Source: Armatimonadota bacterium
GTDB taxonomy: Bacteria; Armatimonadota; Fimbriimonadia; Fimbriimonadales; GBS-DC
Length of the DNA: 64,000 nucleotides
Assembly: GCA_037442365.1 (NCBI GenBank)
Contig: JBBIQK010000002.1
Location: 5,492 to 69,491 of the forward strand
Reading direction: 5' to 3'
A model generated the notes under the pieces. The model was given only the letters and a program-made list of their open reading frames with translations, searched no databases and had not been told where the DNA came from. Of this stretch, positions 35,361 through 45,019 are shown piece by piece. The translations under genes and the position numbers were made by a program. Numbering within the stretch: the first letter of the stretch is position 1; every line of letters starts with the position of its first letter.

Positions 35361-36449
35361 TCAGCCCTCCAGCACGCGCAGGTACTGCGCCGCGACATGC
35401 CCCTCTTCAAACTGGTGGAGCCACTCGTCAGGGGCGGTGGGAATGTCGCCTTCCAGTCCACGCAGGATGGCTGCCGAGAGCGCGTCCACATCGCCCACAG
35501 GAACCAGCGCGCCGTAGCGTCCGTTGTCGAGAATTTCGCGCGGTCCGCTGGGGCAGTCGGTGCTGACCACTGGGCAGCCGCATGCCATCGCCTGAATAAG
35601 CGCATTCGGCAGCCCCTCGTACTGCGACGACAGCACGAACACGCGGACGCGACGCATGTAGGCGAATGGGTTCGGCTCATAGCCGGGCATCGCGACGGCG
35701 TCGGTGAGCCGCAGCGCTTCCACCAGCCGCCACAGTTCGGCGCGCAGTTCACCCTCGCCCAGAATTAGCAGCCGCGCAGGATGGCTCTGGCGCGCCTGCG
35801 CAAAGGCGCGTAGCAGGGTGGGATAGTCTTTCGCCGCGGTCAACCGCCCCACTGTTAGCACGACGGGCGGCGCGCCCGCCTCGAACCACGGGTGCTGCAG
35901 CGGTTCCTCACACAGTTGGCGCAGCTGCGCGGTAATCACAGGGTTATAGATACATGCGATGCGACTCGCTGGCAGTCCCGTCAGGCGGAGCAGATCGCGC
36001 TGCACGCCGTGCGACACGGCGACAATCGCATCCGCCCGACGGTACATGCGGGCAATCAGCGCGGGCACGATGCGATCTTTCGACTGTACTGCCTGTTCGA
36101 ATTCGCGGGTGGGAGTGCTTGCCTCGCGCACAACAATTCGTGTGGGTACTCGCGCCAGCCGTCGCGCCAGAATCGCGACCAGATTCGGCTGGCTCAGCGT
36201 GCTGAGCAGCGCATCGGGGCGTGCGCGGCGCAGATAGCGGGCAAGCGGCACAACGGTGCGCAGGGCGCGGTAGGTGTTCAGGTCTACAATCCGCGCTTCG
36301 GGGCAAAGTTCGCTGCGCAGCTCGCCTTCGGGCTTCATCAACACCACCTCCACCGTGTGTCCCAGCGCAGCGAAGCGGTTCGCCAGCGTCACAAGCACCC
36401 GCTCCGCCCCACCGACCTCTAAACTCACGGTGAACAACGCGATTTTCAT
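35361..36449 (-). CDS. glycosyltransferase family 4 (GT-B fold)
   Basis: MKIALFTVSLEVGGAERV at the N-terminus. C-terminal E-x7-E region (VFVLSSQYEGLPNALIQAMACGCPVVSTD). Confidence 0.85.
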   Translation of the reverse strand: MKIALFTVSLEVGGAERVLVTLANRFAALGHTVEVVLMKPEGELRSELCPEARIVDLNTYRALRTVVPLARYLRRARPDALLSTLSQPNLVAILARRLARVPTRIVVREASTPTREFEQAVQSKDRIVPALIARMYRRADAIVAVSHGVQRDLLRLTGLPASRIACIYNPVITAQLRQLCEEPLQHPWFEAGAPPVVLTVGRLTAAKDYPTLLRAFAQARQSHPARLLILGEGELRAELWRLVEALRLTDAVAMPGYEPNPFAYMRRVRVFVLSSQYEGLPNALIQAMACGCPVVSTDCPSGPREILDNGRYGALVPVGDVDALSAAILRGLEGDIPTAPDEWLHQFEEGHVAAQYLRVLEG

Positions 36450-36452
36450 CCC

Positions 36453-37457
36453 TCAGATCCGTACAGCGATTACCCGAAACGAGTTTGCCCAGCGGATAGT
36501 GAGCGGGGTCAACGCCATCAGCGCGCGGTTCGCAAGGCGCACCAGCGGGTTGCCCCGCGCGCCGCCGAAGTAAGCGTAGGCGCGCGCCCGAAAGCCGTAG
36601 CCCTCAATCTGACGCGCCAGCTCGAACGGGTCAAACAGACGCTCAATCACCGCCCCAGAGTATGGATTTACAGGGCACGATTCTCCCGTGTAGATAGCGT
36701 TCGGCATCTCGCCTGTAGCGCGGTAGCGGCGCACGGCTTCCCGAATGGCGGTCTGGGTCATCCCGCTGGTACGCCGCGCCAGCTCGGCAACCTGCTCATG
36801 GCTCAGGTCAGGGGCGCACTCTCGAATAATTGCCTCGCGCGCTTCGCGGTACGACTGCCTGACGATATGCCCTTCGTAATCCCCTGCGGGTCCATTCTCA
36901 AAACGCTCCCAAATCTGGCGTGTTTTATGCGCCAGTTGCGGATTCGCGCCGTTGTTGCCGTCCGCGATAATCAGCACGCCGCCCACCCGCAGCCACTCCG
37001 CCGCGCGCTCCAGAAACCGCTCGACGCTGGGATAGTGTGAAATCGCCTCGTTGGAGAGGAGCATATCGAACGCGCCCTGCGGGTAGTCCACCTCTTCAAG
37101 TCCCGCCTGCCTCACATGCAGGGTTTTCAGCGCATGCTCGGCAACGAGCCGCTGCAGCACCTGCAGGCGGTCGGCGTAGGGGTCGAATCCGTGCGCTTCC
37201 GCGACGCCCATCAGCTGCAGGATTGCCAGTTGCAGCCCCAGCCCACAGCCGACATCCAGCACGCGCTTGCCCGTCGGGTCAAACCGCGCCAGCGCGCACA
37301 GGTCGTACACGAAGCGCGTGTATTCCCTGCATCCTTCCAGCGTGTTCAGGCGCGGGTAGTAGCCCAACAGCTCGCGGGGGTCGGGATGCGTGTTATCGTG
37401 CAGGATCGGCTGGTACAGCGCGTATACCTGCTGGGCGACGGACGCATAGTCTGGCAT
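36453..37457 (-). CDS. class I SAM-dependent methyltransferase
   Basis: Motif I VLDVGCGLGLQ, then AFDMLLSNEAISH and GGVLIIADGN. Confidence 0.75.
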   Translation of the reverse strand: MPDYASVAQQVYALYQPILHDNTHPDPRELLGYYPRLNTLEGCREYTRFVYDLCALARFDPTGKRVLDVGCGLGLQLAILQLMGVAEAHGFDPYADRLQVLQRLVAEHALKTLHVRQAGLEEVDYPQGAFDMLLSNEAISHYPSVERFLERAAEWLRVGGVLIIADGNNGANPQLAHKTRQIWERFENGPAGDYEGHIVRQSYREAREAIIRECAPDLSHEQVAELARRTSGMTQTAIREAVRRYRATGEMPNAIYTGESCPVNPYSGAVIERLFDPFELARQIEGYGFRARAYAYFGGARGNPLVRLANRALMALTPLTIRWANSFRVIAVRI

Positions 37458-37493
37458 AGCCCAATTCTACCGCAGGCAGGGTACACTCAGGAT

Positions 37494-38087
37494 ATGTACC
37501 CGACTGCGCTGCTGATTGTGGATGTGCAGAACGATTTCTGTCCGGGGGGCGCGCTGGCGGTGTCGGAAGGCGATGAGGTGGTTGCCCCGCTGAACCGCGC
37601 CGCGCAGACAATCGCCCAGCGGGGCGGGCTGGTGGTCGCCTCGCGCGACTGGCATCCGCCCACCACGCGCCACTTCCAGCAATACGGCGGCAAATGGCCC
37701 GTGCATTGCGTGCATGGCACGCCCGGCGCGGCGTTCCACCCCGATTTGCGACTGCCCGACGGTGCGGTGATTGTCTCGAAGGGCACAGGCACGGAAGACG
37801 ACGGCTACTCGGCGTTCGAAGGGCGCACGGACGGCGGCAGCACGCTGGACGAGACGCTGCGGGCGCGCGGCGTGCGTCGCCTGCTGGTGGGTGGACTGGC
37901 GACCGACTACTGCGTGCGGGCGTCTGTGCTGGATGCAATCAAACACGGCTACGAGGTGGTGGTTCTGACCGACGCGATTCGCGGGGTGAACCTGCAGCCC
38001 GACGACAGCGCACGCGCCCTGCAGGAGATGCACACGCACGGCGCACGCCTGCTCACCACCGACGAGGCGCTACGGGACGATAATTAA
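37494..38087 (+). CDS. pncA: nicotinamidase/pyrazinamidase (isochorismatase family)
   Basis: ALLIVDVQNDFCPGGALAV...SRDWHP...GLATDYCVRASVLDA (catalytic Cys). Start at ATG 37494, because the upstream part of the ORF overlaps the methyltransferase gene. Confidence 0.85.
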   Translation: MYPTALLIVDVQNDFCPGGALAVSEGDEVVAPLNRAAQTIAQRGGLVVASRDWHPPTTRHFQQYGGKWPVHCVHGTPGAAFHPDLRLPDGAVIVSKGTGTEDDGYSAFEGRTDGGSTLDETLRARGVRRLLVGGLATDYCVRASVLDAIKHGYEVVVLTDAIRGVNLQPDDSARALQEMHTHGARLLTTDEALRDDN

Positions 38088-38741
38088 CCCGCTGCTGGAC
38101 GCCCCGCGTAGCACCTGCTGCACGAACGCTGGCTCAGGCAGCGCGCCCTCGAAGCTGTGGCGGTCGTTGACCACCGTCTTCGGCACTGCCATCACGCCGT
38201 ACTGGTTCGCCAGCTCGGGGAACTCCTCGCTGCTGACGCCCTCAGCGGTAATCATGTCGCTCGCCATCGCCAGCTTATGCGCCATCCGCACTGCCGCGGG
38301 GCAATAGGGGCAACCGTAGGTGACAAACACCCGAATATGCACCGGGTGGCGCAGGTTGGCCAGCAGCAGGCGGCTGTCGGGCGAGAGGGCAGGGTCGCCC
38401 TTGCCGACATCCTCAATCGCGCCAATCAGCGACGCGAACTCGAAGCCTGCAGGCACGCCCAGATAGCGGATGCCGTAGTCCTTCTCTTCGGTGCGCACCA
38501 CAATCGCGGGCGCAAGCGTGATACCGTATTCCTGCGCGACGGTCGGCTCCGCCTCCAGCGCATGCTGCTCCAGCGTCAACCTGCCGCCGCTCACGCTCAC
38601 CAGCTCCTGCATCAGTTGCGAAACCAGCTCGCTGGTCTCCGGCTGCTGACTGGTGGTGAACACGACCAGCTTCACTGGGTTCGGCAGCGCACTCAGTCGC
38701 TGCTGCAACACCAGTCGATCCTTCTCTTGAATGATGGTCAT
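38070..38741 (-). CDS. glutaredoxin-like / protein-disulfide-oxidoreductase two-domain thioredoxin-fold protein
   Basis: 223 aa and two thioredoxin-like halves. Only the second half carries CPYC (VFVTYGCPYCPAAVRMAHKLA). Confidence 0.75.
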   Translation of the reverse strand: MTIIQEKDRLVLQQRLSALPNPVKLVVFTTSQQPETSELVSQLMQELVSVSGGRLTLEQHALEAEPTVAQEYGITLAPAIVVRTEEKDYGIRYLGVPAGFEFASLIGAIEDVGKGDPALSPDSRLLLANLRHPVHIRVFVTYGCPYCPAAVRMAHKLAMASDMITAEGVSSEEFPELANQYGVMAVPKTVVNDRHSFEGALPEPAFVQQVLRGASSSGLIIVP

Positions 38742-38814
38742 CGTTGTCTTCTCAGATGCGCTTCACAGGAATTCTTCCATCCTGTAAGAGGCATCTATGG
38801 GGCGGATGGATTCA

Positions 38815-39567
38815 TCACCCGACACGGCAGCGGTCGAAAGCGTCGCGCAGCGCGGCAATCGGATCGCCCTTCGGCACGAACTCCTGCCCTATCCAGCCCG
38901 CGTAGCCCGTCTCCTTGATGGCGCGCATAATCGCGGGATAGTGCAGCTCCTGCGAGTCGTCGATTTCGTTGCGTCCGGGGTTGCCCGCCGTGTGATAGTG
39001 CGCAATCTTGTCGTGATGGGCGCGGATGGTGCGGATGATGTCGCCCTCCATAATCTGCGCATGGTAAATGTCGTACAGAATCTTGACGCGCGGCGAGTTG
39101 ACCAGCTCCACCACGCGCACGCCCCACGACATGCGGTCAAACTGGTAGTCGCGGTGGTCGACTTTGCTGTTGAGAATTTCCAGCGCGAGTGTAATCCCCT
39201 TCTGTTCCGCGTAGGGTGCGACGCGCTTGAGGCAGGCGACGGTGTGTTCAATGCCCTCTTCGTCGGGGCGTCCGCGCCGATTGCCCGAAAAGCAAATCAG
39301 TACGGGGATTTCGTACTTGACCGCCTTGTCGATGGTCGCTTTGAGTTCGTCCTCGATACGGCTGTGGTTGCGCGGGTCGTTCATGCCGTTTTCAATTGTG
39401 CCGTGCCCACCGTGCGTGACGATGTGCATGCCCGCCTCCTTCACGGCGTCCCACATCGGCTCTGGAACCAGCTCGAAGCCTTCGTAGCCGATGCGTTTGG
39501 CTTCGGCAATCAGCCGCTTCGAATCGACGCGCCCCTGAAAACACCACCAGCAGATGTCCTGTCGCAT
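38815..39567 (-). CDS. hydroxypyruvate-isomerase-like sugar phosphate isomerase/epimerase (xylose isomerase-like TIM barrel)
   Basis: [10 protein letters not shown]...GYEGFEL...ALEILNS...[11 protein letters not shown]...[12 protein letters not shown]...GWIGQEF. GAGGTGG SD 5 nt before ATG 39567. Confidence 0.8.
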   Translation of the reverse strand: MRQDICWWCFQGRVDSKRLIAEAKRIGYEGFELVPEPMWDAVKEAGMHIVTHGGHGTIENGMNDPRNHSRIEDELKATIDKAVKYEIPVLICFSGNRRGRPDEEGIEHTVACLKRVAPYAEQKGITLALEILNSKVDHRDYQFDRMSWGVRVVELVNSPRVKILYDIYHAQIMEGDIIRTIRAHHDKIAHYHTAGNPGRNEIDDSQELHYPAIMRAIKETGYAGWIGQEFVPKGDPIAALRDAFDRCRVG

Positions 39568-39684
39568 TCGTCCACCTCGCATGGCAGGAGTATACCTGCG
39601 CCGTGCATGATTGGGGTATACTTTGCGTTCGCGCGTGGGGTATCCTATAGCGCGGTTGAGACACGCAAAAAGCGAGGTGCTACG

Positions 39685-40038
39685 ATGAATCACACCGTTT
39701 TGCAGGAAGTGGAGCAGCCCTATCTGAAGCAGGATGTGCCGGAGTTTCGTCCGGGCGACACGGTGCGCGTGCATGTGCGCGTGGTGGAGGGCGGCAAGGA
39801 ACGCATCCAGGTTTTCGAGGGCGTGGTGATTGCCCGCAAGCATCGCGGCATCGCCGATACGATTACCGTGCGCAAGGTCTCGTATGGCGTTGGCGTGGAG
39901 CGTACCTTCCCAATTCACTCGCCGATGGTCGCCAAGCTGGAAGTCGTGCGCAAGGGTAAGGTGCGTCGGGCGAAGCTGTATTACCTGCGCAACCTGTCGG
40001 GCAAGGCGGCGCGCCTGAAAGAGGATATGAGCCGCTGA
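39685..40038 (+). CDS. rplS: 50S ribosomal protein L19
   Basis: [35 protein letters not shown]...[20 protein letters not shown]. Confidence 0.95.
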   Translation: MNHTVLQEVEQPYLKQDVPEFRPGDTVRVHVRVVEGGKERIQVFEGVVIARKHRGIADTITVRKVSYGVGVERTFPIHSPMVAKLEVVRKGKVRRAKLYYLRNLSGKAARLKEDMSR

Positions 40039-40853
40039 TGGAGCCGTTTGCGCCCCCTTCAGGTCCGCTGACATGGATTGAGACGCTGGCGCGGCTGCCT
40101 ATCGTGACGGTCGTGCTGGCGATGGCAGTCTGCACGGTGATCCGATTGGTTGTCGCGCCGATGCAGAACCGCCCTGCTCGATTCCTCAATAACCTGCTGG
40201 ACGCCATCGTCTATGCGGGGATTCTGGTCTACCTCATCATTCGCCCCTACATCGCGCAGCCCTTCTACATCCCTTCGGAGTCGATGGTGCCCACGCTGAA
40301 GGTCGGCGATGTGGTGATGGTGGGCAAATACAGTTATCGCTTCAGCGAGCCGAAGCGGTTCGATATTGTGGTGTTCCGCGCTCCCGACTGGGCGTTGAAC
40401 CCCTGGCAGACGCCGGGCAAAACCGACTTCGTGAAGCGGCTGGTCGGCATGCCGGGCGACATCATCGAGGTCAAGGCGGGCGAGGGGCTGTACCTGAACG
40501 GAAAACTGCTCAAGGAGCCGTACCTGAACGGCGTCCCGCAATATTCCATGAAGATTATCAACGGCTGGGTGTACGAATACAACGACTTCGGCGACATCTG
40601 GAAGGGCGGCGAGAACACCATGCGCCAGCCCGTCTTCGACGAGCAGGAACGCCAGATGGTGCTGCGCACGCCCTCGCAGCCGATTCCGCCCAGCAAGTAC
40701 TTGATGCTGGGCGACAACCGCAACAACAGCAGCGACGGGCATCACTGGGGCTTGCTGGACGCCCGGCGCGTGGTGGGTAAGGCGCTGTTCGTATTCTGGC
40801 CGCTCAATCGGATTGGTCCCGCGAATCGGGGCGAGTTGCCCAGAGTGGATTAG
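40038..40853 (+). CDS. lepB: signal peptidase I
   Basis: SESMVPTL (Ser), FVKRLVGMPGD (Lys) and GDNRNNSSDGHHWG. The ATG overlaps the rplS stop (TGATG). Confidence 0.9.
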   Translation: MEPFAPPSGPLTWIETLARLPIVTVVLAMAVCTVIRLVVAPMQNRPARFLNNLLDAIVYAGILVYLIIRPYIAQPFYIPSESMVPTLKVGDVVMVGKYSYRFSEPKRFDIVVFRAPDWALNPWQTPGKTDFVKRLVGMPGDIIEVKAGEGLYLNGKLLKEPYLNGVPQYSMKIINGWVYEYNDFGDIWKGGENTMRQPVFDEQERQMVLRTPSQPIPPSKYLMLGDNRNNSSDGHHWGLLDARRVVGKALFVFWPLNRIGPANRGELPRVD

Positions 40854-41866
40854 CCGACCGTGTTCTGCGGGCGTCCTTCCAGAAATGCCTTCAGATTCTC
40901 CAGCGTGGTGTCCAGAATGCGCTGCACGGCTTCCTGACTGTTGAAGGCGATATGCGGCGTGAAGACGACATTCTCGCGTCGCAGCAGCAGGTGCGCCTGC
41001 ACGACCTGCTTGAGCGTCTGCTCGGCGAGGGGCATCTTGAGCAGCGCGCTCTCTTCCGTGATGAACTCCTCGCCCTCAATCACATCGAGCCCTGCGCCCG
41101 CCAGAATGCCCTCCTCCAACGCCCAGAGCAGCGCCTCGGTGTCCACCACACTACCGCGCGCAGTGTTAATCAGCAGCGCGCCGCGCTTCATCTTGCTCAG
41201 CGTCTCGCGGTTCATCAGATGGCGCGTTTCGGGCAGCGCGGGCACATGGAGCGACACGATGTCCGACTCGGCAAGCAGCGCGTCGAGGTCGGTGTAGGTA
41301 AAACCCAGCACCTCCGCCAGCAGGGGATGCGGACGCAGGTCGTATGCCAGCACGCGCATGCCGAACCCGCGCGCGATACGAATCACATGCAGCCCGATAT
41401 TGCCCGCGCCGATCACGCCCAGCGTCTTGCCGTACAGGTCGAACCCGCGCAGCGCGCGGATGTGATACTCGCCGCGCAGTCCCTGAAAGTACGCCGCATG
41501 CAACTTGCGCGAGAGCGAGAGAATCAGCGCGAAGGTGTGTTCCGCGACAGTGTTCTCGCCGTAGTGGGGCACATTGCACACGGTAATCCCGCGCGCCCGA
41601 CATGCCTGCAGGTCGATGTGGTCGTAGCCTGTGGACATCGTGAGGATCAGGCGCAGGTTCGGCATGGCTTCGATGAGCGAGCCGCTCACCTTCGTCCAGA
41701 TGAACACCACAATCGCCTCGTGGTCGGCGTACTGCGCGGCGGAGTCGGGGGTCAGGTGGTCGCGGAAGAAGTCCGCCTGCACCAGCCCGGCGATGCCCAG
41801 CCGCTGCAGACCTGCCTGCAGGTAGTCGGGCTGCCACGGCTCCAGATCGAAAAACGCGACTCGCAT
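40850..41866 (-). CDS. D-isomer-specific 2-hydroxyacid dehydrogenase
   Basis: NAD motif GVIGAGNIGLHVIRIARGFGMRVLAYD, catalytic region LINTARGSVVD...VFTPHIAFNS. Start at ATG 41866. Confidence 0.85.
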   Translation of the reverse strand: MRVAFFDLEPWQPDYLQAGLQRLGIAGLVQADFFRDHLTPDSAAQYADHEAIVVFIWTKVSGSLIEAMPNLRLILTMSTGYDHIDLQACRARGITVCNVPHYGENTVAEHTFALILSLSRKLHAAYFQGLRGEYHIRALRGFDLYGKTLGVIGAGNIGLHVIRIARGFGMRVLAYDLRPHPLLAEVLGFTYTDLDALLAESDIVSLHVPALPETRHLMNRETLSKMKRGALLINTARGSVVDTEALLWALEEGILAGAGLDVIEGEEFITEESALLKMPLAEQTLKQVVQAHLLLRRENVVFTPHIAFNSQEAVQRILDTTLENLKAFLEGRPQNTVG

Positions 41867-41870
41867 AGCG

Positions 41871-42386
41871 TTAGCGCAGGGCGACCTCCACGACGCCGTC
41901 GCGGGCGCGGCACACGCCAATCAACTGCGCGCTCCCGACGATGTAGGTCTCGTAGATATGCACACGCACTTCGCGTCCCAGCGCGCGTGTCGCCTCCTCG
42001 TAGCCCAGTCGCGCGGCGCGCGCGGTGTACCAGCGGGGTAGCGCAGCGGCGGCGTTCAGGCGCAACGCCAGCGCGCCCGCGTCCGTGCGAATCACCTTGA
42101 AGCGCAGCGGCGCGTCCTGCTCGCGATACCGACGGGTCAGCTGCTCCGCTAAAGAGGCCAATTTCGCCTCGTCGGTTGGCTGGCGTCGCGTTTCGTGACG
42201 AATATCAGGCAGGTAGCGGCTCCAGACAGGCTCGCCGAAGACAACACTCTCGTGCATGGCGTCCTCGCTGCGTCGCTGCTCCACACGCGCCCAGCTGAGC
42301 ACTCCCACAGTCGCCAGCAGAATCAGCAGATACGGCGCCAAGCGCCCCAATTTTCTCACTGCGCCACCCAGCCTATTATACACCAT
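41871..42386 (-). CDS. hypothetical membrane-anchored protein
   Basis: Start at ATG 42386 (MVYNRLGGAVRKLGRLAPYLLILLATVGVLSW), giving one N-terminal TM segment. No domain recognised. Confidence 0.5.
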   Translation of the reverse strand: MVYNRLGGAVRKLGRLAPYLLILLATVGVLSWARVEQRRSEDAMHESVVFGEPVWSRYLPDIRHETRRQPTDEAKLASLAEQLTRRYREQDAPLRFKVIRTDAGALALRLNAAAALPRWYTARAARLGYEEATRALGREVRVHIYETYIVGSAQLIGVCRARDGVVEVALR

Positions 42387-42388
42387 CG

Positions 42389-42716
42389 CAGGAAACGCAA
42401 CGCCATAGGGCGAAATCGACGCACAGCATGGGAAACGCCCTGAAAGCCCCATGCGTCCAACGCACCAGGAGGGCGGTATGCGGTACTGGGTGCTGATAGG
42501 GCTGGCGATGACGCTCGCGCTCGCCCGCGGGCAGACAGTAGAGTTTCCCGTCGGCTACTACTTCTATGAGGAAATCGCTCAGATGATGTCTGTCGGCGGC
42601 AGGCGCGTGGTGTGCGCCCCGGAGCTGAACGACTCGATGACGCTGCTGCGCCTCAAGCCCCGCGAGTGGCGTCAGGCGCGTCAAATCCTCGAAAACACGC
42701 TTGAGGTGCGCTTCCG
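42389..42716 (+). repeat. direct repeat copy A (5' UTR plus the first ~80 codons of paralog A)
   Basis: Aligns with 44711..45019 by eye. About 95% identical across the RBS, start codon and signal peptide, and about 85% overall. Copy A has a 19-nt insertion in its UTR. Confidence 0.8.
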
Positions 42717-44703
42717 AGCAGTTGGGAACAATCAATGGGTTATCGAACGCCCGCCCGCGCTTGTGAAACAGGAGCAGCGACTGCGTCGCGCCCTGGCGCG
42801 CGCTCTCGAAGACGCAATCCGACAGAATCACGCGCTGGCGCGCCAGATATGGCGTCCTGAATTGCCCACCGAAAAAATCCTCGAGGCGCTGGAAACTCGC
42901 TCCAGACGCGAGTCTGTCCCGCAACACCCCGAATTGGAACGCGCCGCGCGCCTGATGATGGTCGATATCATCCATCTGTTTCGCGAGGCGCCGCTGGAAG
43001 AGCTGCTCGCAGAGTGGCGGACGCTCAGGCGATTCCAGAAACGGCTTGAGACGAGGCTGCCTCCAATCATTATCCCCGCGAACGCTCTCTTCAGCCCGTC
43101 CCAGACATGTACGGGGATGTGGTGTCGGGCGCCTGCAGGTTTCCAGCGCGATTCGGAGACGCCCGCCTTCAGCCAGCCTCGACTCCCTGGCTTTGCCCAG
43201 CAGCCGATGGTTGAGGAGTTCTCCGCTGAAGACCTTCTGCGCACTTTCCGACTGCCTCCCGCAATGCTGCGGATAGCCGCGCAGCAGGCGCAGATGAGCC
43301 TCGAGGAGTGGGCGGAGCGCTATCGAGGCACATGGTTCGAGGAGCCATCCGAGCGTCAGGTCTGGGCGCTGTATAACCTGTGCGGGCTGGTTTACGGCGT
43401 CGCGCTGGGCTATATCACAGAGACGCTTCTGGAGCGCACGCTGCCGTCGCTGGACCTGCAGCAGGTTATCGAGCAGGGAACGGTCGCCCGCATGTGCGAG
43501 CTGGAGATGGACACCGAGCTGCTGGCGCTCTGGCTGGACGACCCCGATGGGCAGTACCTCCCGCTGAACGCGCCGCACACCACGCGCGTTCGCGTGCTGG
43601 CGACCGCACAGTGGGTTGACACCCGGCTGGACTACGAGTTCCTCCTGCTCCAGCACGACCGGAACAGTTTCCCGCCCAAAATCCTCAGGGGTAGTACAGG
43701 CGACTGGCTCACGCACGAGCAGCTGGCGCGCCTGCTGCGCGTCGAAGCGCCCGCACAGGAGCGCAAGCTTCAGGACGCGCTGCCGCAACACAAGGTGTTA
43801 TTCAGCAATCCTCTCTGGAGCCAGCATGCGCAAAACATGGACCTTCGAAGCGGCAGGTTCTACGATAAGCTCTATCAGTGGGCGAAGCGACACGATCAAG
43901 AGATTGCCGTCGAGCTAATCCTGCGGTGGAACGGTCAGTGGGGCTCGTGGCGAGGCTTGTTCCTTGGCGAAGCTCCGTTCCACGAAGTGCTGCGTTCTGG
44001 TGCGCAGATGGGATGGACGCTGATTGATCGCTACGAAACTGTCTGGACCCTGCGCAACTTTGCCGCTTTTATCCATCGCGGGCAGCGGGTGCCGATAGCG
44101 GCGATACTGCGCCTGTACCGCTCCGAGCTTCGAATGGCAGATTACAAGCGTTTCTATCAGTCGGTCGATTTCTGGCAGGCGGCTCGACTCAGCACTGCGA
44201 CCTTTGAGGTGGACTCCCTATGGCTTTTCGGCAGGCAACCGAATCGTAATGCGCTCGTGATAGCGCCTGTGTATGCCGCGCAATGGATGATGCTTTACAT
44301 CCTGGAGCAGCTATCGCCTGCGGAATGGGAGCAGTTGCAGCGCGCTGTGGATTCCCCGCTGAACCCTGCGCCTGCCGTCTCGCTGCGCCAGCTCCCTGCA
44401 CACGCCCAGAAACGGCTGGGGGAACTGCTCGTTTCGTATGCAACGCTGGAACTCGGACCTGAACAATATTACAACCCTTTCGCCGATGCGAGTCGCGCAG
44501 TGTGGTACGACTTGCTGAGCGGCAGGCTGCCGATTGAACATCTGCTGGACGGGCTGACGCTGACACGCGCGGATTATGGCGACTCGCTGAGCAGCCTTCA
44601 GCTGGTCTACAATCCGCCGGGCTACCTGAAGCCGCAGAGCGTTATGCTGCTCTCCATCGGGCTGCCCCGCGAGAGCTTGTCGCCGCCGCCGAATCCGCAG
44701 TAA
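42478..44703 (+). CDS. hypothetical secreted protein, paralog A (741 aa), no domain recognised
   Basis: AGGAGG SD and ATG 42478, signal peptide MRYWVLIGLAMTLALARGQ. Protein-level similarity to the downstream paralog runs along the whole length (for example RYETVWTLRNFAAF in both). Confidence 0.65.
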   Translation: MRYWVLIGLAMTLALARGQTVEFPVGYYFYEEIAQMMSVGGRRVVCAPELNDSMTLLRLKPREWRQARQILENTLEVRFRAVGNNQWVIERPPALVKQEQRLRRALARALEDAIRQNHALARQIWRPELPTEKILEALETRSRRESVPQHPELERAARLMMVDIIHLFREAPLEELLAEWRTLRRFQKRLETRLPPIIIPANALFSPSQTCTGMWCRAPAGFQRDSETPAFSQPRLPGFAQQPMVEEFSAEDLLRTFRLPPAMLRIAAQQAQMSLEEWAERYRGTWFEEPSERQVWALYNLCGLVYGVALGYITETLLERTLPSLDLQQVIEQGTVARMCELEMDTELLALWLDDPDGQYLPLNAPHTTRVRVLATAQWVDTRLDYEFLLLQHDRNSFPPKILRGSTGDWLTHEQLARLLRVEAPAQERKLQDALPQHKVLFSNPLWSQHAQNMDLRSGRFYDKLYQWAKRHDQEIAVELILRWNGQWGSWRGLFLGEAPFHEVLRSGAQMGWTLIDRYETVWTLRNFAAFIHRGQRVPIAAILRLYRSELRMADYKRFYQSVDFWQAARLSTATFEVDSLWLFGRQPNRNALVIAPVYAAQWMMLYILEQLSPAEWEQLQRAVDSPLNPAPAVSLRQLPAHAQKRLGELLVSYATLELGPEQYYNPFADASRAVWYDLLSGRLPIEHLLDGLTLTRADYGDSLSSLQLVYNPPGYLKPQSVMLLSIGLPRESLSPPPNPQ

Positions 44704-44710
44704 GTCGCAA

Positions 44711-45019
44711 CCAGGAAACGCAACTCCGTGCGGCGAAACTGCTCACAAGCCCCATGCGTCCAACGCATCAGGAGGGCAGTATGCGGTACTGTGCGCTGAT
44801 AGGGCTGGCGATGACGCTCGCGCTCGCCCGCGGGCAGACTGTGGAGTTCCCGATTGGCTACTACTCATACGCCGAGATTGCGCAGCGCATGTCGGTCGGT
44901 GGCAGGCGCGTGGTGTGCGCCCCGGAGCTAAACGATGCTATGACACTGCTGCGCCTCAAGCCCCGCGAGTGGGGCGCAATGCGCCGTGTGCTGGAAAACA
45001 CGCTCGAAGTGCAGTTCCG
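44711..45019 (+). repeat. direct repeat copy B (5' UTR plus the first ~80 codons of paralog B)
   Basis: See 42389..42716. Confidence 0.8.

Noticed and set aside
37116-37493. 5' extension of the pncA ORF
   Set aside because: It runs antisense through the methyltransferase gene. Isochorismatase-family sequence begins at MYPTALLIVDVQNDF (37494).
38797-39684. 5' extension of the ORF containing rplS
   Set aside because: It is antisense to the hydroxypyruvate-isomerase-like gene. L19 sequence begins at ATG 39685.
42376-43791. 471-aa ORF antisense to paralog A
   Set aside because: The plus-strand frame is open for 741 codons. It has an SD, a signal peptide and protein-level conservation with paralog B, including synonymous differences. 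The antisense frame is not preserved in the paralog.
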